Below, piece by piece: positions 12,638-26,077 of a stretch of 64,000 nucleotides of DNA (the stretch's first letter is position 1; the number at the start of each line of letters is the position of its first letter). Position numbers and translations under genes: made by a program. The DNA comes from Eledone cirrhosa (taxonomy: Eukaryota), in the NCBI GenBank assembly GCA_964016885.1, contig OZ024766.1, positions 7,378,001-7,442,000 of the forward strand. Reading direction: 5' to 3'. The notes below the pieces were generated by a model. That model did no database searches, had not been told where the DNA came from, and saw only the letters and a list, made by a program, of their open reading frames with translations.

Positions 12638-14070
12638 TATTTTCACAGTAAAGGCTTTACCTCACATAACATTTACATTGCTCTATATATACTATTGTAT
12701 TTTCACAGTAAAGGCTTTACCTCACATAATATCTCACATAACATTTACATTACTCTATATATACTATTGTATTTTCACAGTAAAGGCTTTACCTCACATA
12801 ACATTTACATTACTCTATATATACTATTGTATTTTCACAGTAAAGGCTTTACCTCACATAACATTTACATTACTCTATATATACTATTGTATTTTCACAG
12901 TAAAGGCTTTACCTCACATAACATTTACATTACTCTATATATACTATTGTATTTTCACAGTAAAGGCTTCACCTCACAATATCTCACATACCATTTACAT
13001 TACTCTATATATACTATTGTATTTTCACAGTAAAGGCTTTACCTCACATAATATCCCACATAACATTTACATTACTCTATATATACTATTGTATTTTCAC
13101 AGTAAAGGCTTTACCTCACATAATATCTCACATACCATTTACATTTCTCTATATATACTATTGTATTGTCACACTAAAGGCTTTACCTCACATATCTCAC
13201 ATAACATTTACATTACTCTATATATACTATTGTATTTTCACAGTAAAGGCTTTACCTCACATAACATTTACATTACTCTATATATACTATTGTATTTTCA
13301 CAGTAAAGGCTTTACCTCACATAATATCTCACATATTTACATTACTCTATATATACTATTGTATTTTCACAGTAAAGGCTTTACCTCACATAATATCTCA
13401 CATAACATTTACATTACTCTATATATACTATTGTATTTTCACAGTAAAGGCTTTACCTCACATAATATCTCACATAACATTTACATTACTCTATATATAC
13501 TATTGTATTTTCACAGTAAAGGCTTTACCTCACATAATATCTCATAACATTTACATTACTCTATATATACTATTGTATTGTCACAGTAAAGGCTTTACCT
13601 CACATAATATCTCACATAACATTTACATTACTCTATATATACTATTGTATTGTCACAGTAAAGGCTTTACCTCACATAATATCTCACATAACATTTACAT
13701 TACTCTATATATACTATTGTATTGTCACAGTAAAGGCTTTACCTCACATAATATCTCACATAACATTTACATTACTCTATATATACTATTGTATTTTCAC
13801 AGTGAAGGCTTTACCTCGCATAATACCTCACATAACATTTACATTACTCTATATATACTATTGTATTGTCACAGTAAAGGCTTTACCTCACATAATATCT
13901 CACATAACATTTACATTACTCTATATATACTATTGTATTTTCACAGTGAAGGCTTTACCTCGCATAATACCTCACATAACATTTACATTACTCTATATAT
14001 ACTATTGTATTGTCACAGTAAAGTCTTTACCTCACATAATAATGAATCAATGAGATTTTGATATTATTTA
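12638..14070 (+). repeat. 60/72-bp minisatellite derived from a TTAA-MITE
   Basis: Unit TTTTCACAGTAAAGGCTTTACCTCACATAACATTTACATTACTCTATATATACTATTGTA; ends in ATGAGATTTTGATATT as in the MITE at 60029. Confidence 0.9.
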
Positions 14071-14799
14071 TATAAATCCCGCCAAGGTTAACTTTGCCTT
14101 TCATCCTTACGGGGGTCGATAAAATAAAGTACCAGTAATGCACTGGGATAATAGCTGGCCTTGTGCCAAAATTAGAAACAATTATTTATATTGAGAACAA
14201 TACCTTAACATCAGTATAAGTGGCTGGCTATGGTCGGTTTAAACAGAAAGATGTGAGAGAATCTGACTGGATATGGCTAAAGAAATACACTTACAAGGGG
14301 TTTCAATTAATGTTGAAATAAGAAAATATTTGAAGGAATTTAATAAAACTTTCTTCCTTTCTAAGTTGTTTAATAAATTATTTAAGAAAAAGTTCTGACA
14401 TAAAATTGTTTTGTAATGTTTTAATAATATAACAACATTTTAAATATCAACAGTTTTGTTTCACAGAACAAGAATCATTTTTCAGGTGGGTTAGGGGGTT
14501 AAAATGTAGGGTGTAGGGAATGTGGAACACAAAAGATGGCAACAACGAACATATACGTACTTATACACCTGTAGGAACAGGTGATGACTTAACAGAGTTG
14601 TTAGAACATCGTGTGTATGTGTATCTGTATATATGTGTGTGTGTGTGTGAATATATGTGTGTGTGTATATATATATATAGAGGTTGGTGTTAGGAAGGGC
14701 ATCCAGCTGTAGAAATCAAGCCAGAATCAGTTCCCGTCCCACCCTTGCAAGCAGGGAAAAGTGGACGTAAAATGAAATGATGATGATGATATATATATA

Positions 14800-15648
14800 C
14801 AGGGTGTTTCAAAAAATTTAATATCATTTGAGATGTAAATATCCCAGAAACTACAGGGTCTAGGGCAACGAGACTAAGCAGGCTCCATGTTGAGTAACAC
14901 AAGATTTATTCCTCAAAACATGTCCACGTTATAACATTAATTCACAATATATATTTCAATGTACGAAAGGCCGGTTATATGATGCCTGTGTGAGGAGCGC
15001 GATGCTGCATGGTAGTGAGACATGGGCAGCAACTGCAGAGGATATGCGACGGCTGGAGAGAAATGAGGCAAGCATGCTCCGTTGGATGTGCAGTGTAAAT
15101 GTGCGTGAACGACCCAGCATAAATGTGTTGAGAGAGAAACTGTGTCTGAGAGGGATAGAATGTAGTGTACGGGAGAGGAGACTGAGGTGGTATGGACATG
15201 TGATGTGTTGAGAGAGAAACTGTGTCTGAGAGGGATAGAATGTAGTGTACGGGAGAGGAGACTGAGGTGGTATGGACATGTGATGTGTTGAGAGAGAAAC
15301 TGTGTCTGAGAGGGATAGAATGTAGTGTACGGGAGAGGAGACTGAGGTGGTATGGACATGTGATGCGCATGGAGGATGACCGATGGGTGAAGAAGTGCCA
15401 GTTGAAGGAAGACGTGGTAGAGGTAGACCACGAAAAACATGGGCGGAGGTGGTGAGACCTCAGATCGCTGAAGCTCACGGAGGAGATGATGAAGGACAGT
15501 GACAAGTGGAGAGATGCTGTGCTGAATAGGACACGTCCCACCCTTGCAAGCAGGGAAGAGCGGACATAAAATGATGATGATGATGATGATGATGATGTGA
15601 CAACCTTGGGGAACAGGCCATTGATATCAAATTTTTTGAAACACCCTG
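14800..15648. mobile_element. Tc1/mariner-type MITE containing a nested RTE LINE fragment (~14955-15597, +)
   Basis: TIRs CAGGGTGTTTCAAAAAATTT / AATTTTTTGAAACACCCTG with TA flanks; inner MLHGSETWAATAEDMRRLERNE...RLRWYGHVMRMED and (GAT)n tail. Confidence 0.85.
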
Positions 15649-15999
15649 TATATGTAAGACAGTTGTTAAAACGTCAGATAGAATGTTTTATATCATGTTC
15701 CACCTCTCTGAGTACAAATCATTGCCGAGCTCAATTTTGCCTTTCATCCTCCATTCAAGGTTGATAAAAAAAGTACCAGTCTCGTACTGGGATCGATTCT
15801 TCTTCTATATCTTTCTCCTTATTTTTCTCTGGAAGAAATCTGGTGTATTCAGACTTGAAGAGATGAGATGGGCTCCACCAGGTTTAAAAAAAAAAAAAAA
15901 AGCCCTATAAATGCCATATGTCAATACGGCGCTCTTACAAGATTATGTAGGGACCTACGAAGTTAAGATACGGAAACAAGATGCTGTCATGTATTTCAT

Positions 16000-17619
16000 C
16001 TATACGCCTGTATGGACCCGCACGTGGTCAGCTAACCGATCTCTCCGATAGAAAGATTTACTACAGATATCACAACTGTATGGTGTCTCACCTGTGTGGA
16101 TATATTTGTGGGTCCTCAGATGTCCTGACGAAGTGAAGGACTTGCCGCAAATATCACAGCTGAAAGGCTTCTCTCCCGTATGAATGCGTTTGTGCGCGTT
16201 TAAGTTCCCCGACTCGGAAAAGGATTTACCACAGACGTTGCATTTGAACGGCTTCTCACCTGTATGAGTATACCTGTGTCTTGCTAATTCACCTGAACGA
16301 GCGAAAGACTTACCGCAGATGCTGCAACTGTATGGCTTCTCACCTGTATGAACACGTATATGTTTTTTCAAATTGCTCGGAGCCGAGAAAGATTTACTAC
16401 AGATTTCGCACTTGTAGTATTTCTCACCTGTATGAACATAGGTATGGGCTGTCAGTCTCCCTTTCTCAGTGAATGACTTACCACAGATCTCACAGCGATG
16501 GGGCTTCTCTCCCGTGTGGATATAACGGTGTACTGAGAGATGTCCCAACTGCGTAAACAACCTGCCACAGACATCACAGCTAAATGGCTTCTCTCCTGCG
16601 TGAACGCGTTTGTGTGCGGCTAAGTTACATTTTATAGAAAAAGATTTACCACAAATGTCACAGCCGTATAGTTTCTCTCCTGTATGAGTACGTTTGTGTC
16701 TAGTTAAGGTGTTTGCTCGGGAGAACGCCTTACCGCAGATGTCACACTGATATGGCTTCTCTCCGGTGTGAACGTACCTGTGTGTACACAGGTAGGCTCT
16801 GTGAGTGAACGATACCCCACAGATGTCGCAACGGAACGGTTTCTCTCTTGTATGAATTCGTCTGTGTATAGTTAAGTTGCTGGCGTCGGAGAACGACTGA
16901 TCACAGAAGTCACAAGGGTACGGCTTCTCTCCTGTGTGGTTATGTATGTGTGTGGTGAGGGTACGTTTGTCGGCGAATGCTTGGCCACAGATGTCACACT
17001 GGTATGGCTTTTCTCCTGTATGAATGCGTTTGTGCGATATAAAGCTAGATTTATGAGAGAACGACTTGCCACAGACTTCACAGTGATACGGTTTCTCTCC
17101 TGTATGAGTATATTTATGATTTGCTAAGTGACAAGTTTGTGAGAAAGATTTACCACAGACATCACAGTGATATGGCTTCTCTCCTGTATGGGTAGATATG
17201 TGTCTAGTTAAGTAAGCTGCCTGAGAGAATGATTTACCACAGATATCACAGTGATGTGGCTTCTCTCCCGTATGGAGGCGTTTGTGTGTTTTAAGATTAC
17301 ATTTGTGAGAAAATGATTTACCACAGGCATCACATTGATATGGTCGCTGTCCTGTGTTAATACATTTGTGTGTTAAGAGGCTATCTTCTCGAGAGTACGA
17401 CTTACCACAAGCATCACAGTGATATGGCCTCTTTCCTGTATGAGTACGTTTGTGTGTTAAAAGGCTATCTTCCTCAGAGTATGATTTACCACAGACATCA
17501 CAAAGATACTCTTTCTCTTCTGTATGAGTACATTTATGAGTTGAGAGGCTATTTTCTTCAGAGAATGACTCATTGCAGACATCACAGTGATATAATGATT
17601 CCCCTATCTCCTTCGACAT
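16000..17619 (-). CDS. Tandem C2H2 zinc-finger protein (19 fingers, ~539 aa, single coding exon)
   Basis: Uninterrupted ORF with CxxC-x12-HxxxH repeats and TGEKP(Y/F) linkers; first ATG (MSKEIGESLYHC) at 17619; finger 3 has N in place of the last His. Confidence 0.95.
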   Translation of the reverse strand: MSKEIGESLYHCDVCNESFSEENSLSTHKCTHTEEKEYLCDVCGKSYSEEDSLLTHKRTHTGKRPYHCDACGKSYSREDSLLTHKCINTGQRPYQCDACGKSFSHKCNLKTHKRLHTGEKPHHCDICGKSFSQAAYLTRHISTHTGEKPYHCDVCGKSFSQTCHLANHKYTHTGEKPYHCEVCGKSFSHKSSFISHKRIHTGEKPYQCDICGQAFADKRTLTTHIHNHTGEKPYPCDFCDQSFSDASNLTIHRRIHTREKPFRCDICGVSFTHRAYLCTHRYVHTGEKPYQCDICGKAFSRANTLTRHKRTHTGEKLYGCDICGKSFSIKCNLAAHKRVHAGEKPFSCDVCGRLFTQLGHLSVHRYIHTGEKPHRCEICGKSFTEKGRLTAHTYVHTGEKYYKCEICSKSFSAPSNLKKHIRVHTGEKPYSCSICGKSFARSGELARHRYTHTGEKPFKCNVCGKSFSESGNLNAHKRIHTGEKPFSCDICGKSFTSSGHLRTHKYIHTGETPYSCDICSKSFYRRDRLADHVRVHTGV

Positions 17620-19880
17620 CTCTTCAGGTGAAATATAAATCTTAATTTTTCTTCTCTCAGTACAAAATAAAAATCTTTTTCTTGGTTTTGTTCCCAACAA
17701 GTTTATTCCCAACAAATATTTCCATCAACTGTGATATTTGTTGACAACTGAAGATGGTGCAAGCTCCTTTGTAAATTCATCCAAGTTTAATAAGAATGCA
17801 GAATCTTCTCGTACACTTTCCAGAGTGTGAAGAAGAGAAATTTATTTACAAACCTCAATTCAGAAGAAATATTTCAATGTAATTCATCAAATGTTTTATA
17901 GACAAAGATTTATGTAAAATCTTGTGTTAGTCTTTTAAAAGATGATATTGATGATGTATCTCAATTTAAAATTTCTCTTCTGTCAATGTCAGGTGATATT
18001 CTGAAATAACAGAGAAACAAAACAAGACATAGAGGAGAGGATATTAAAATGTGATTCAACAATGGAAATTATATATTTCTATATTGATAACCTGTATATG
18101 TAAACTTTCACCTGAATAATTCAAATTTTCAAATGTATCTGAAGAAAAAGCACCCAGTCCACACTGTAAAGTGGTCATGTAGGTGCCACGACAAAAAGTG
18201 CCCAGACCACACTGTAAGGTGTTTGGAAAGTGTTTGGTGTTAGGAGGGCAACCAAGCTTAAATCAGTTCTGTAGGAGGAAGACTTTGTCATCTGATCTGA
18301 CATTGGCAACAACAGTGATGATGACACACACGTGGTTCTCAGGGAGATTCAGTTCTTAACGTGGTTCTTAGGGAGATTCAGCTCTTAACGTGCTTCTCAG
18401 GGACAAGGCCAACCCTTCGAATTACAGGTACAACATATTTTTTCCAGCTGAGTTGACACTGGAGCAACGTGAAATAAAGTGTCTTGCTCAAGGACACAAC
18501 ACATCACCCGGAATCGATCAAAATATTGATTGATTGATAAATGCATCAGTAGAGAGAAAGAAAGAATGAACAAGTCACTGCTGTCATGTATGAGGTAATA
18601 ATAGTGTAAAAATATATATATACACACACTATATATATATATATATAGAACAGTAGGGTGCGATCTGAGGGAGATTTGGCTGCTATTTCTAGCAAACCTA
18701 GCTACCATGTACGTCTCATATATATATATAGATATATATATAGTTATATATCAACAAGATCCCAGACCTTAATGAGTAAGGTGGGGCTTGTCAAATCGGA
18801 CCGAGGAAACAATGTTTCCGTTGGTCTTTCCAATTGCTAGTACTATCTATCGGTCACAACTCCAGGTAGAAGAAACAACGTGAAATAAAGTGTCTTGCTC
18901 AAGGACATAACGCATCGCCTGGTCCAGGAATCGAACCCATAACCTCATGATTGCAAATCCAATTCTCAAACCACTTAGACAAATATATATATATAGATCT
19001 ATATATATATATATATATATATATACTTTCCGTCATGTTTAGAGATCAGTTTCTTTCAACGAGACACAAAACTATACATACATATATACACACGTTATTC
19101 CGGGTTGAGTCGGAGGTAACCACAGTAAGTAAGGTACTCAATACATAGCAGAGTATAAAAGTTTTAATATAGATGAGATTCTACAGGACTAGAACTGTTT
19201 CATTCTTTAGAAATCATCAGGAATATGTATATATACATATATATATATATCTATATCTATATATACATACACACACACATATATATACACATACATACAG
19301 ATATATATATACACATACGATATATATATATAGAGAGAGAGAGACAGATATATATACACACACACATCTTTCTCTCTCTATATATACACACACACACACA
19401 TCTCTCTCTCTCTGTATACACACACATCTTTCTCTATATATATACACACACACACACACACATATATCTCTCTCTCTGTATACACACACACATATCTCTC
19501 TCTCTCTGTATACACACACACATATCTCTCTCTCTCTGTATACACACACACATATCTCTCTCTCTCTCTATATATACACACACATATCTTTCTCTCTATA
19601 TATATATACACATACACATCTTTCTCTCTCTATATATACACACATACAATGTATATATATGCGGCTGAAGTGTGATTTTCCGTAAATTTACAAGAACATT
19701 CACCATTTAGTGCCCAGTAGCCGGACCTACTTACCTTTAAATTAGTAGGAATTATGAAATAATTTCACCAGCTTCTTCTTCTTCCCGACATTAAAACTGC
19801 TGTAGATTCTTATTCTTTAGCCACAGATTCGTATCTTGTCATAATGAAGCAGCAGAGCTGGCTTTGTTGTTGTAGCCTCG
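17620..19880 (-). other. Probable 5'UTR structure of the ZNF gene: non-coding exon ~19735-19880, intron 18001-19734
   Basis: Donor TAAAG|GTAAGT at 19735/19734; acceptor TTTCTCTGTTATTTCAG| at 18001/18000; TSS position is a guess. Confidence 0.55.
19178..19224 (-). ncRNA. Type-I hammerhead ribozyme motif (family A element)
   Basis: AUUC-CUGAUGA-U(UUC uaaa GAA)U-GAAA-CAG(uucuaguc)CUG-UA-GAAU; stem I AUUC/GAAU. Confidence 0.65.
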
Positions 19881-20208
19881 GATATACGTATTCTCTACGT
19901 ACATGAAATCGTTTCTCTAACAATCGAGGTTAACTTTGCCTTTCATCCTTACGGGGTCGATAAAATAAAGTACCAGTAATGTACTGGGTTAATTGCTGGC
20001 CTTGTGCCTAAAGTAGAAACAATTATTATTGTTGTTGTTGTCGTTATTATTATTATTATGTTTTTGTTTGCACTTTGCTTTGCTTTGCTTTCCTTTTTCG
20101 TTGGTATCTTAATGATGCTGACTTAATTAAAGTAATGAGTGACAGAACGATCAGAGATTCACCGTTTCTTACAACGACTCTGTTTCAATATATATATATA
20201 GAAATAAA

Positions 20209-20830
20209 TAACGAAGGAAATGTGGTAAGGAACCAGATGGACCATAACGCACCAGAGTACTCAATACTTAGGGTAGTAGAGTGGGTAATAGGAACGAGTA
20301 GGACCCCGACGGCTTGAGCTCAAGCCGTTTCGACGGCTTATTCTGAATTATCCGTCGAAACGGCTTGAGCTCAGCCGTCGGGGTCCTACTCGTTCCTATA
20401 TATATATATGATTAATCTCCTTCGTATATATTTCATTAAATAAAGAAATACATTTCACCGATCCATTAGAATCTTTGAGCATACTCTACAAGGGTTATGG
20501 CGCATGTCTCACAGACATGACATCCTTAATTTAATTTTGGTTATATATATATATATATATAACGAAAGAAATATGGTAAGGAACCAGGTGGACCATAACG
20601 CACCCAAGTACTCAATACTTAGGGTAGTAGAGTGGGTAATAGGAACGAGTAGGACCCCGACGGCTTGAGCTCAGCCGTCGGGGTCCTACTCGTTCCTATA
20701 TAAAAAAATAAAAATATATATATAACGGAGGGAGTGTGGTAGGGGCCAGATGGACTTTAACGCACCAGTTCATATCTAGCTGTCGAAACGGCCAAAGCTC
20801 AGCCGTCGGGGCCCTGACTCTGTTCCCATA
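20209..20830. mobile_element. Three TA-flanked fold-back elements, family B (also 58403-58578, 60284-60447)
   Basis: AACGAAGGAAATGTGGTAAGGAACCAG...TAGGACCCCGACGGCTTGAGCTC with inverted partial duplication; contain a GAAA-CGGCT...AGCCG-TC hammerhead half. Confidence 0.75.
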
Positions 20831-20840
20831 TATAGGTTTA

Positions 20841-21028
20841 TCCCGGGTTCAATCGGGGGTAACCACAGTAAGGTACTCAATACATAGCAGAGTATAAATA
20901 TTTAATATAGAAATGGCTTCTAAAGGATTAGAACTGCTGTTTCATTCGGAAGAAATCACCAGGAAAGCCTTTCCTAACGATTTCTTCCGAATGAAACAGT
21001 TCTAATCCTGTAGAAACCATTTCTATAT

Positions 21029-21033
<5 letters not shown>
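20841..21033. mobile_element. Fold-back element, family A
   Basis: ~65-bp inverted repeat centred on AGGAAAGCCTTTCCT, flanked by TA repeats. Confidence 0.75.
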
Positions 21034-21078
<45 letters not shown>

Positions 21079-21120
21079 ATAAGAAACGGAGAATGAGTGG
21101 TGCGACGAATAAGATTTATT

Positions 21121-21217
21121 AGACATATTACAATCGTTTCTCTGGCGACCAGCTCGAGGCACGATCGATGCAATGATCAAACCTGACTCTGAAATCGCAA
21201 GATCCTCGGATATGTCT
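21121..21217 (-). ncRNA. Hammerhead-like motif, U4C core variant
   Basis: AGACAUAU-CCGAGGA-UCUUGCGA...UCGCCAGA-GAAA-CGAUUG-UA-AUAUGUCU; perfect 8-bp stem I. Confidence 0.55.
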
Positions 21218-21463
21218 CGATTCTACAAAAACAGAGTTTCCAAAATCTGTAATAGCATCGAGTTCTCAAACGGCCTACCGCTTACGGACGCTTTAAGCAT
21301 GCCACACCAATATATATAATGAAATAAATAGAGATGATATAAAGTATATATCTTTCGTTTATTACTATGATATATATATATATATATATACAAATAAATT
21401 ATCGAGAATCGGAATTTCGGCCCACGAAATAACGAAACACAATCTTCGAAATGCGTGGCAATT

Positions 21464-21496
<33 letters not shown>

Positions 21497-21631
21497 ATAG
21501 TAATAAACGAAAGCTGTATACTTTATATCATCTCTATTTATTTCATTATATATATTTCGAAGATGCAAAGTTTTATGTATAACATAAAGCAAAACATGTT
21601 CTCCTCAGACAAAATAAATAGATGTAGATGT

Positions 21632-21662
<31 letters not shown>

Positions 21663-21762
21663 ATGCTGGTAGACAAACGAACTGGGCAGATCAATAACCA
21701 GCAGGTATATATATAATATTAATTCAAAATATTAACAAAATAGATATTCTTGTGATCAATTA

Positions 21763-21829
21763 TATTTTATTATACATATTTCAGAGGTACTGAATTAAGT
21801 TCAACAGTACGTCCTCATCAGATAAAATA
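21763..21829 (-). ncRNA. Type-I hammerhead ribozyme with canonical core
   Basis: UAUUUUAU-CUGAUGA-GGACGUACUG...CAGUACCUCU-GAAA-UAUGUA-UA-AUAAAAUA; 8-bp stem I, near-palindromic stem III. Confidence 0.75.
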
Positions 21830-22414
21830 AAATGATACATGACATACCCTGACATAGTAGATGGTTAAGATTTAATCATATATATATATATATATATAAT
21901 TCGTTTTGCAAGATTTCTTATCTGAAAACGTGTTGAAACAGATTGTTGTACTTTGGTAGGGTCATGTTGAAAATAAAAACACACACACACACGTTGGTTT
22001 TCACTTCAATTTATTATAAGTTTCTGGTTGGTTGATTATACAGAACAGGGCCGTATAACCATTACCAGTCCGAGCTGAGGATGCACCTTTGATGAGTTGT
22101 AGTGCACCTGAGCACTGTACACAATAATTTTCATTATATAAATGGTATATAGTATGGCTGTTTGTATATCATGACTCGTACACTGCCCACTTTCCTGACA
22201 TCTGTACATTATTCTATGTACTATACATGCACCTTTGATGAGTTGTAGTGCACCTGAGCACTGTACACAATTTTCATTATATAAATTACACCTCTCAAAG
22301 GAAATGACACACAACCGTGACCTCTGGCGTCACGCAGTAATACAGAGTACCCAACCTCCCATGGGTACAAGCTGAAGCATATAGACAATATGCCCCACAC
22401 CCTCCCACTGCAAG

Positions 22415-23663
22415 GTGGTCGTGGAGGTGCCACGGCAAAAAAGCACCCAGCCCACACTGTAAAGTGGACGTGTAGGCGCCACGAAAAAGCACCCAGCCCA
22501 CACTGTAAAGTGGACGTGTAGGCGCCACGAAAAAGCACCCAGCATTCACTGTAAAGTGGACGTGGGGGTGCCACGGCAAAAAAGCACCCAGCCCACACTG
22601 TAAAGTGGACGTGTAGGCGCCACGAAAAAGCACCCAGCCCACACTGTAAAGTGGACGTGTAGGCGCCACGAAAAAGCACCCAGCCCACACTGTAAAGTGG
22701 ACGTGTAGGCGCCACGAAAAAGCACCCAGCACTCACTGTAAAGTGGACGTGAAGGTGCCACGGCAAAAAAGCACCCAGCCCACACTGTAAAGTGGACGTG
22801 TAGGCGCCACGAAAAAGCACCCAGCACTCACTGTAAAGTGGACGTGGAGGTGCCACGGCAAAAAAGCACCCAGCCCACACTGTAAAGTGGACGTGTAGGT
22901 GCCACGAAAAAGCACCCAGCACTCACTGTAAAGTGGACGTGGTGGTGCCACGGCAAAAAAGCACCCAGCCCACACTGTAAAATGGACGTGTAGGCGCCAC
23001 GGCAAAAAAGCACCCAGCACTCACTGTAAAGTGGACGTGGTGGTGCCACGGCAAAAAAGCACCCAGCCCACACTGTAAAGTGGACGTGTAGGCGCCACGA
23101 AAAAGCACCCAGCACTCACTGTAAAGTGGACGTGAAGGTGCCACGGCAAAAAAGCAACCAGCCCACATTGTAAAGTGGACGTGTAGGCGCCACGAAAAAG
23201 CACCCAGCACTCACTGTAAAGTGGACGTGAAGGTGCCACGGCAAAAAAGCAACAAGCCCACACTGTAAAGTGGACGTATAGGCGCCACGAAAAAGCACCC
23301 AGCACTCACTGTAAAGTGGACATGAAGGTGCCACGGCAAAAAAGCAACCAGCCCACACTGTAAAGTGGACGTGTAGGCGCCACGAAAAAGCACCCAGCAC
23401 TCACTGTAAAGTGGACGTGAAGGTGCCACGGCAAAAAAGCAACCAGCCCACACTGTAAAGTGGACGTGTAGGCGCCACGAAAAAGCACCCAGCACTCACT
23501 GTAAATGAGGTTGGTGTTAGGAAGGGCATCCAGCTGTAGAAATCAAGCCAAATCAGTTCCTGTATGAGCAAGGCATGGTCATCCAACCAGACACTGCCCA
23601 CAACAGGACAACTCGTTTAACCCATGCTAGCATGGAAGAACGGACGTAAAACGATGATGATGA
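22415..23663 (+). repeat. ~46-49-bp minisatellite with a 95-bp dimer periodicity, ending in the parent SINE tail
   Basis: CACCCAGC(C/A)C(A/T)CACTGTAAAGTGGACGTG units continue into GGTTGGTGTTAGGAAGGGCATCCAGC...(GAT)n. Confidence 0.9.
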
Positions 23664-23939
23664 TAAATGGTATATAGTATGCCTATGTGTATATCATGAC
23701 TCATACCCTGTCCACTTTTCTGACATCTGTACATTATTCTATGTACTATACATGCACCTTTGATGAGTTGTAGTGCACCTGAGCACTGTACACAATAATT
23801 TTCAATATAGTTATTATTATCAAACGACTCAGCGATCATATCTCATGGGCAGTCTGCAACAGGCAGGAATCCATGTACCATTGCAACCTGGTACTCTACT
23901 ATCCCAAGTATTGAGTACTCTCAGAGCTTGAATAATCAC

Positions 23940-24590
23940 AACCACTTTACAGTGTGGAGTGGGAGGTTTTTACTGCAACACCTACATGACCAATTTACAG
24001 AGTGGACTGGGTGCTTTTTGTCATGACACCTACATGACCACTTTACAGGGTGGACTGGATGCTGTTTGTCATGACACCTACATGACCACTTTACAGAGTG
24101 GACTGGGTGCTTTTAGCTGTGATACCTACATGACCACTTTACAGAGTGGACTGGGTGCTTTTAGCTGTGACACCTACATGACCACTTTACAGAGTGGACT
24201 GGGTGCTTTTTGTCATGACACCTACATGACCACTTTACAGGGTGGACTGGATGCTGTTTGTCATGACACCTACATGACCACTTACAGGGTGGACTGGGTG
24301 CTTTTTGTCATGACACCTACATGACCACTTACAGGGTGGACTGGATGCTGTTTGTCATGACACCTACATGACCACTTTACAGTGTGGACTGGGTGCTTTT
24401 TGTCATGACACCTACATGACCACTTTACAGAGTGGACTGGGTGCTTTTTGTCATGACACCTACATGACCACTTTACAGTGTGGACTGGGTGCTTTTTGTC
24501 GTGACACCTACATGACCACTTTACAGAGTGGACTGGGTGCTTTTAGCTGTGACACCTACATGACCACTTTACAGAGTGGACTAGGTGTTT
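23940..24590 (-). repeat. 45-bp minisatellite from the same SINE segment, opposite orientation
   Basis: GACACCTACATGACCACTTTACAGAGTGGACTGGGTGCTTTT units. Confidence 0.85.
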
Positions 24591-24599
24591 GTGGTACCA

Positions 24600-24637
24600 A
24601 CAATATATACATATATATTTGCTCGCATACACATATA

Positions 24638-24682
<45 letters not shown>

Positions 24683-25700
24683 CCATACATATACATACAC
24701 ACATCACACATATATATATATATATATATATACACATACCATTCATATACATACACACATCACATATATATATATACACATACCATACATATACATACAC
24801 ACATCACACATATATATATACACATACACACATCACATATATATATATACACATACCATACATATACATACACACATCACATATATATATACACATACCA
24901 TACACACATCACACACATATATATATACACATACCATACATACACACATCACATATATATATATACACATACCATACATACACATACACACATCACACAT
25001 ATATATATACACATACCATACATATACATACACATACACACATCACACATATATATATATACACATACACACATCACATATATATATATATACACATACC
25101 ATACATACACACATCACACATATATATATATACACATACCATACATACACACATATATATATACACATACCATACATATACATACACATACACACATCAC
25201 ACATATATATATATACACATACCATACATATACATACACACATCACATATATATACACATACCATACATACACACATCACACATATATATATACACATAC
25301 CATACATACACACATCACATATATATATATATACACATACCATACATATACATACACACATCACATATATATACACATACCATACATACACACATCACAC
25401 ATATATATATATACACATACCATACATATACATACACATACACACATCACACATATATATATATACACATACCATACATATACATACACACATCACATAT
25501 ATATACACATACCATACATACACACATCACACATATATATATACACATACCATACATACACACATCACATATATATATATATACACATACCATACATATA
25601 CATACCCACATCACATATATATACACATACCATACATACACACATCACACACATATATATACACATACCATACATACACACATCACACATATATATATAA
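24600..25700. repeat. Compound (CA/TA)n microsatellite; similar tracts at 27835-28640, 30460-33250, 51095-53370, 56460-57020
   Basis: Low-complexity sequence; Y/I/H/T-rich ORFs are artefacts. Confidence 0.95.
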
Positions 25701-26077
25701 AATTATCGATTTCCAAAGCCCCCTGCTTAAAAGAATTTTAGCAAATGTCCAACCCACACTAGCTTATTTCAACCCCTCCTATTATTCGGGACCCGAGGGT
25801 AGGCGTAATAACACCTTTTTCAAATGTTTCAATTATTTGTTATTACTTCGTTGTTGCAATATAATTAGTTAATTAGTAAGCACCAATTGTCTCAAGAACC
25901 CACCGAGGTACCAAGTACCTACCTTACACGAAATTAGAACTGATGCTCTACTGATGTTCACCATGTTAACAATTGAGAAGACACAGAACTGGATATTCCA
26001 GCTCTTCAAATTTTAAACCTGGGGTAACTCTGACCCCACCACCAAAATCCCTCCAACCCATCCCAAGTCCAGAGCTT

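Noticed and set aside
17620-17715. N-terminal 32-aa extension of the ZNF ORF
   Set aside because: Begins at TTG; the first ATG is at 17619
22221-23601. Regular repeat arrays resembling CRISPR, and repeated 95-aa ORFs
   Set aside because: No unique spacers and no cas genes; eukaryotic SINE-derived minisatellite
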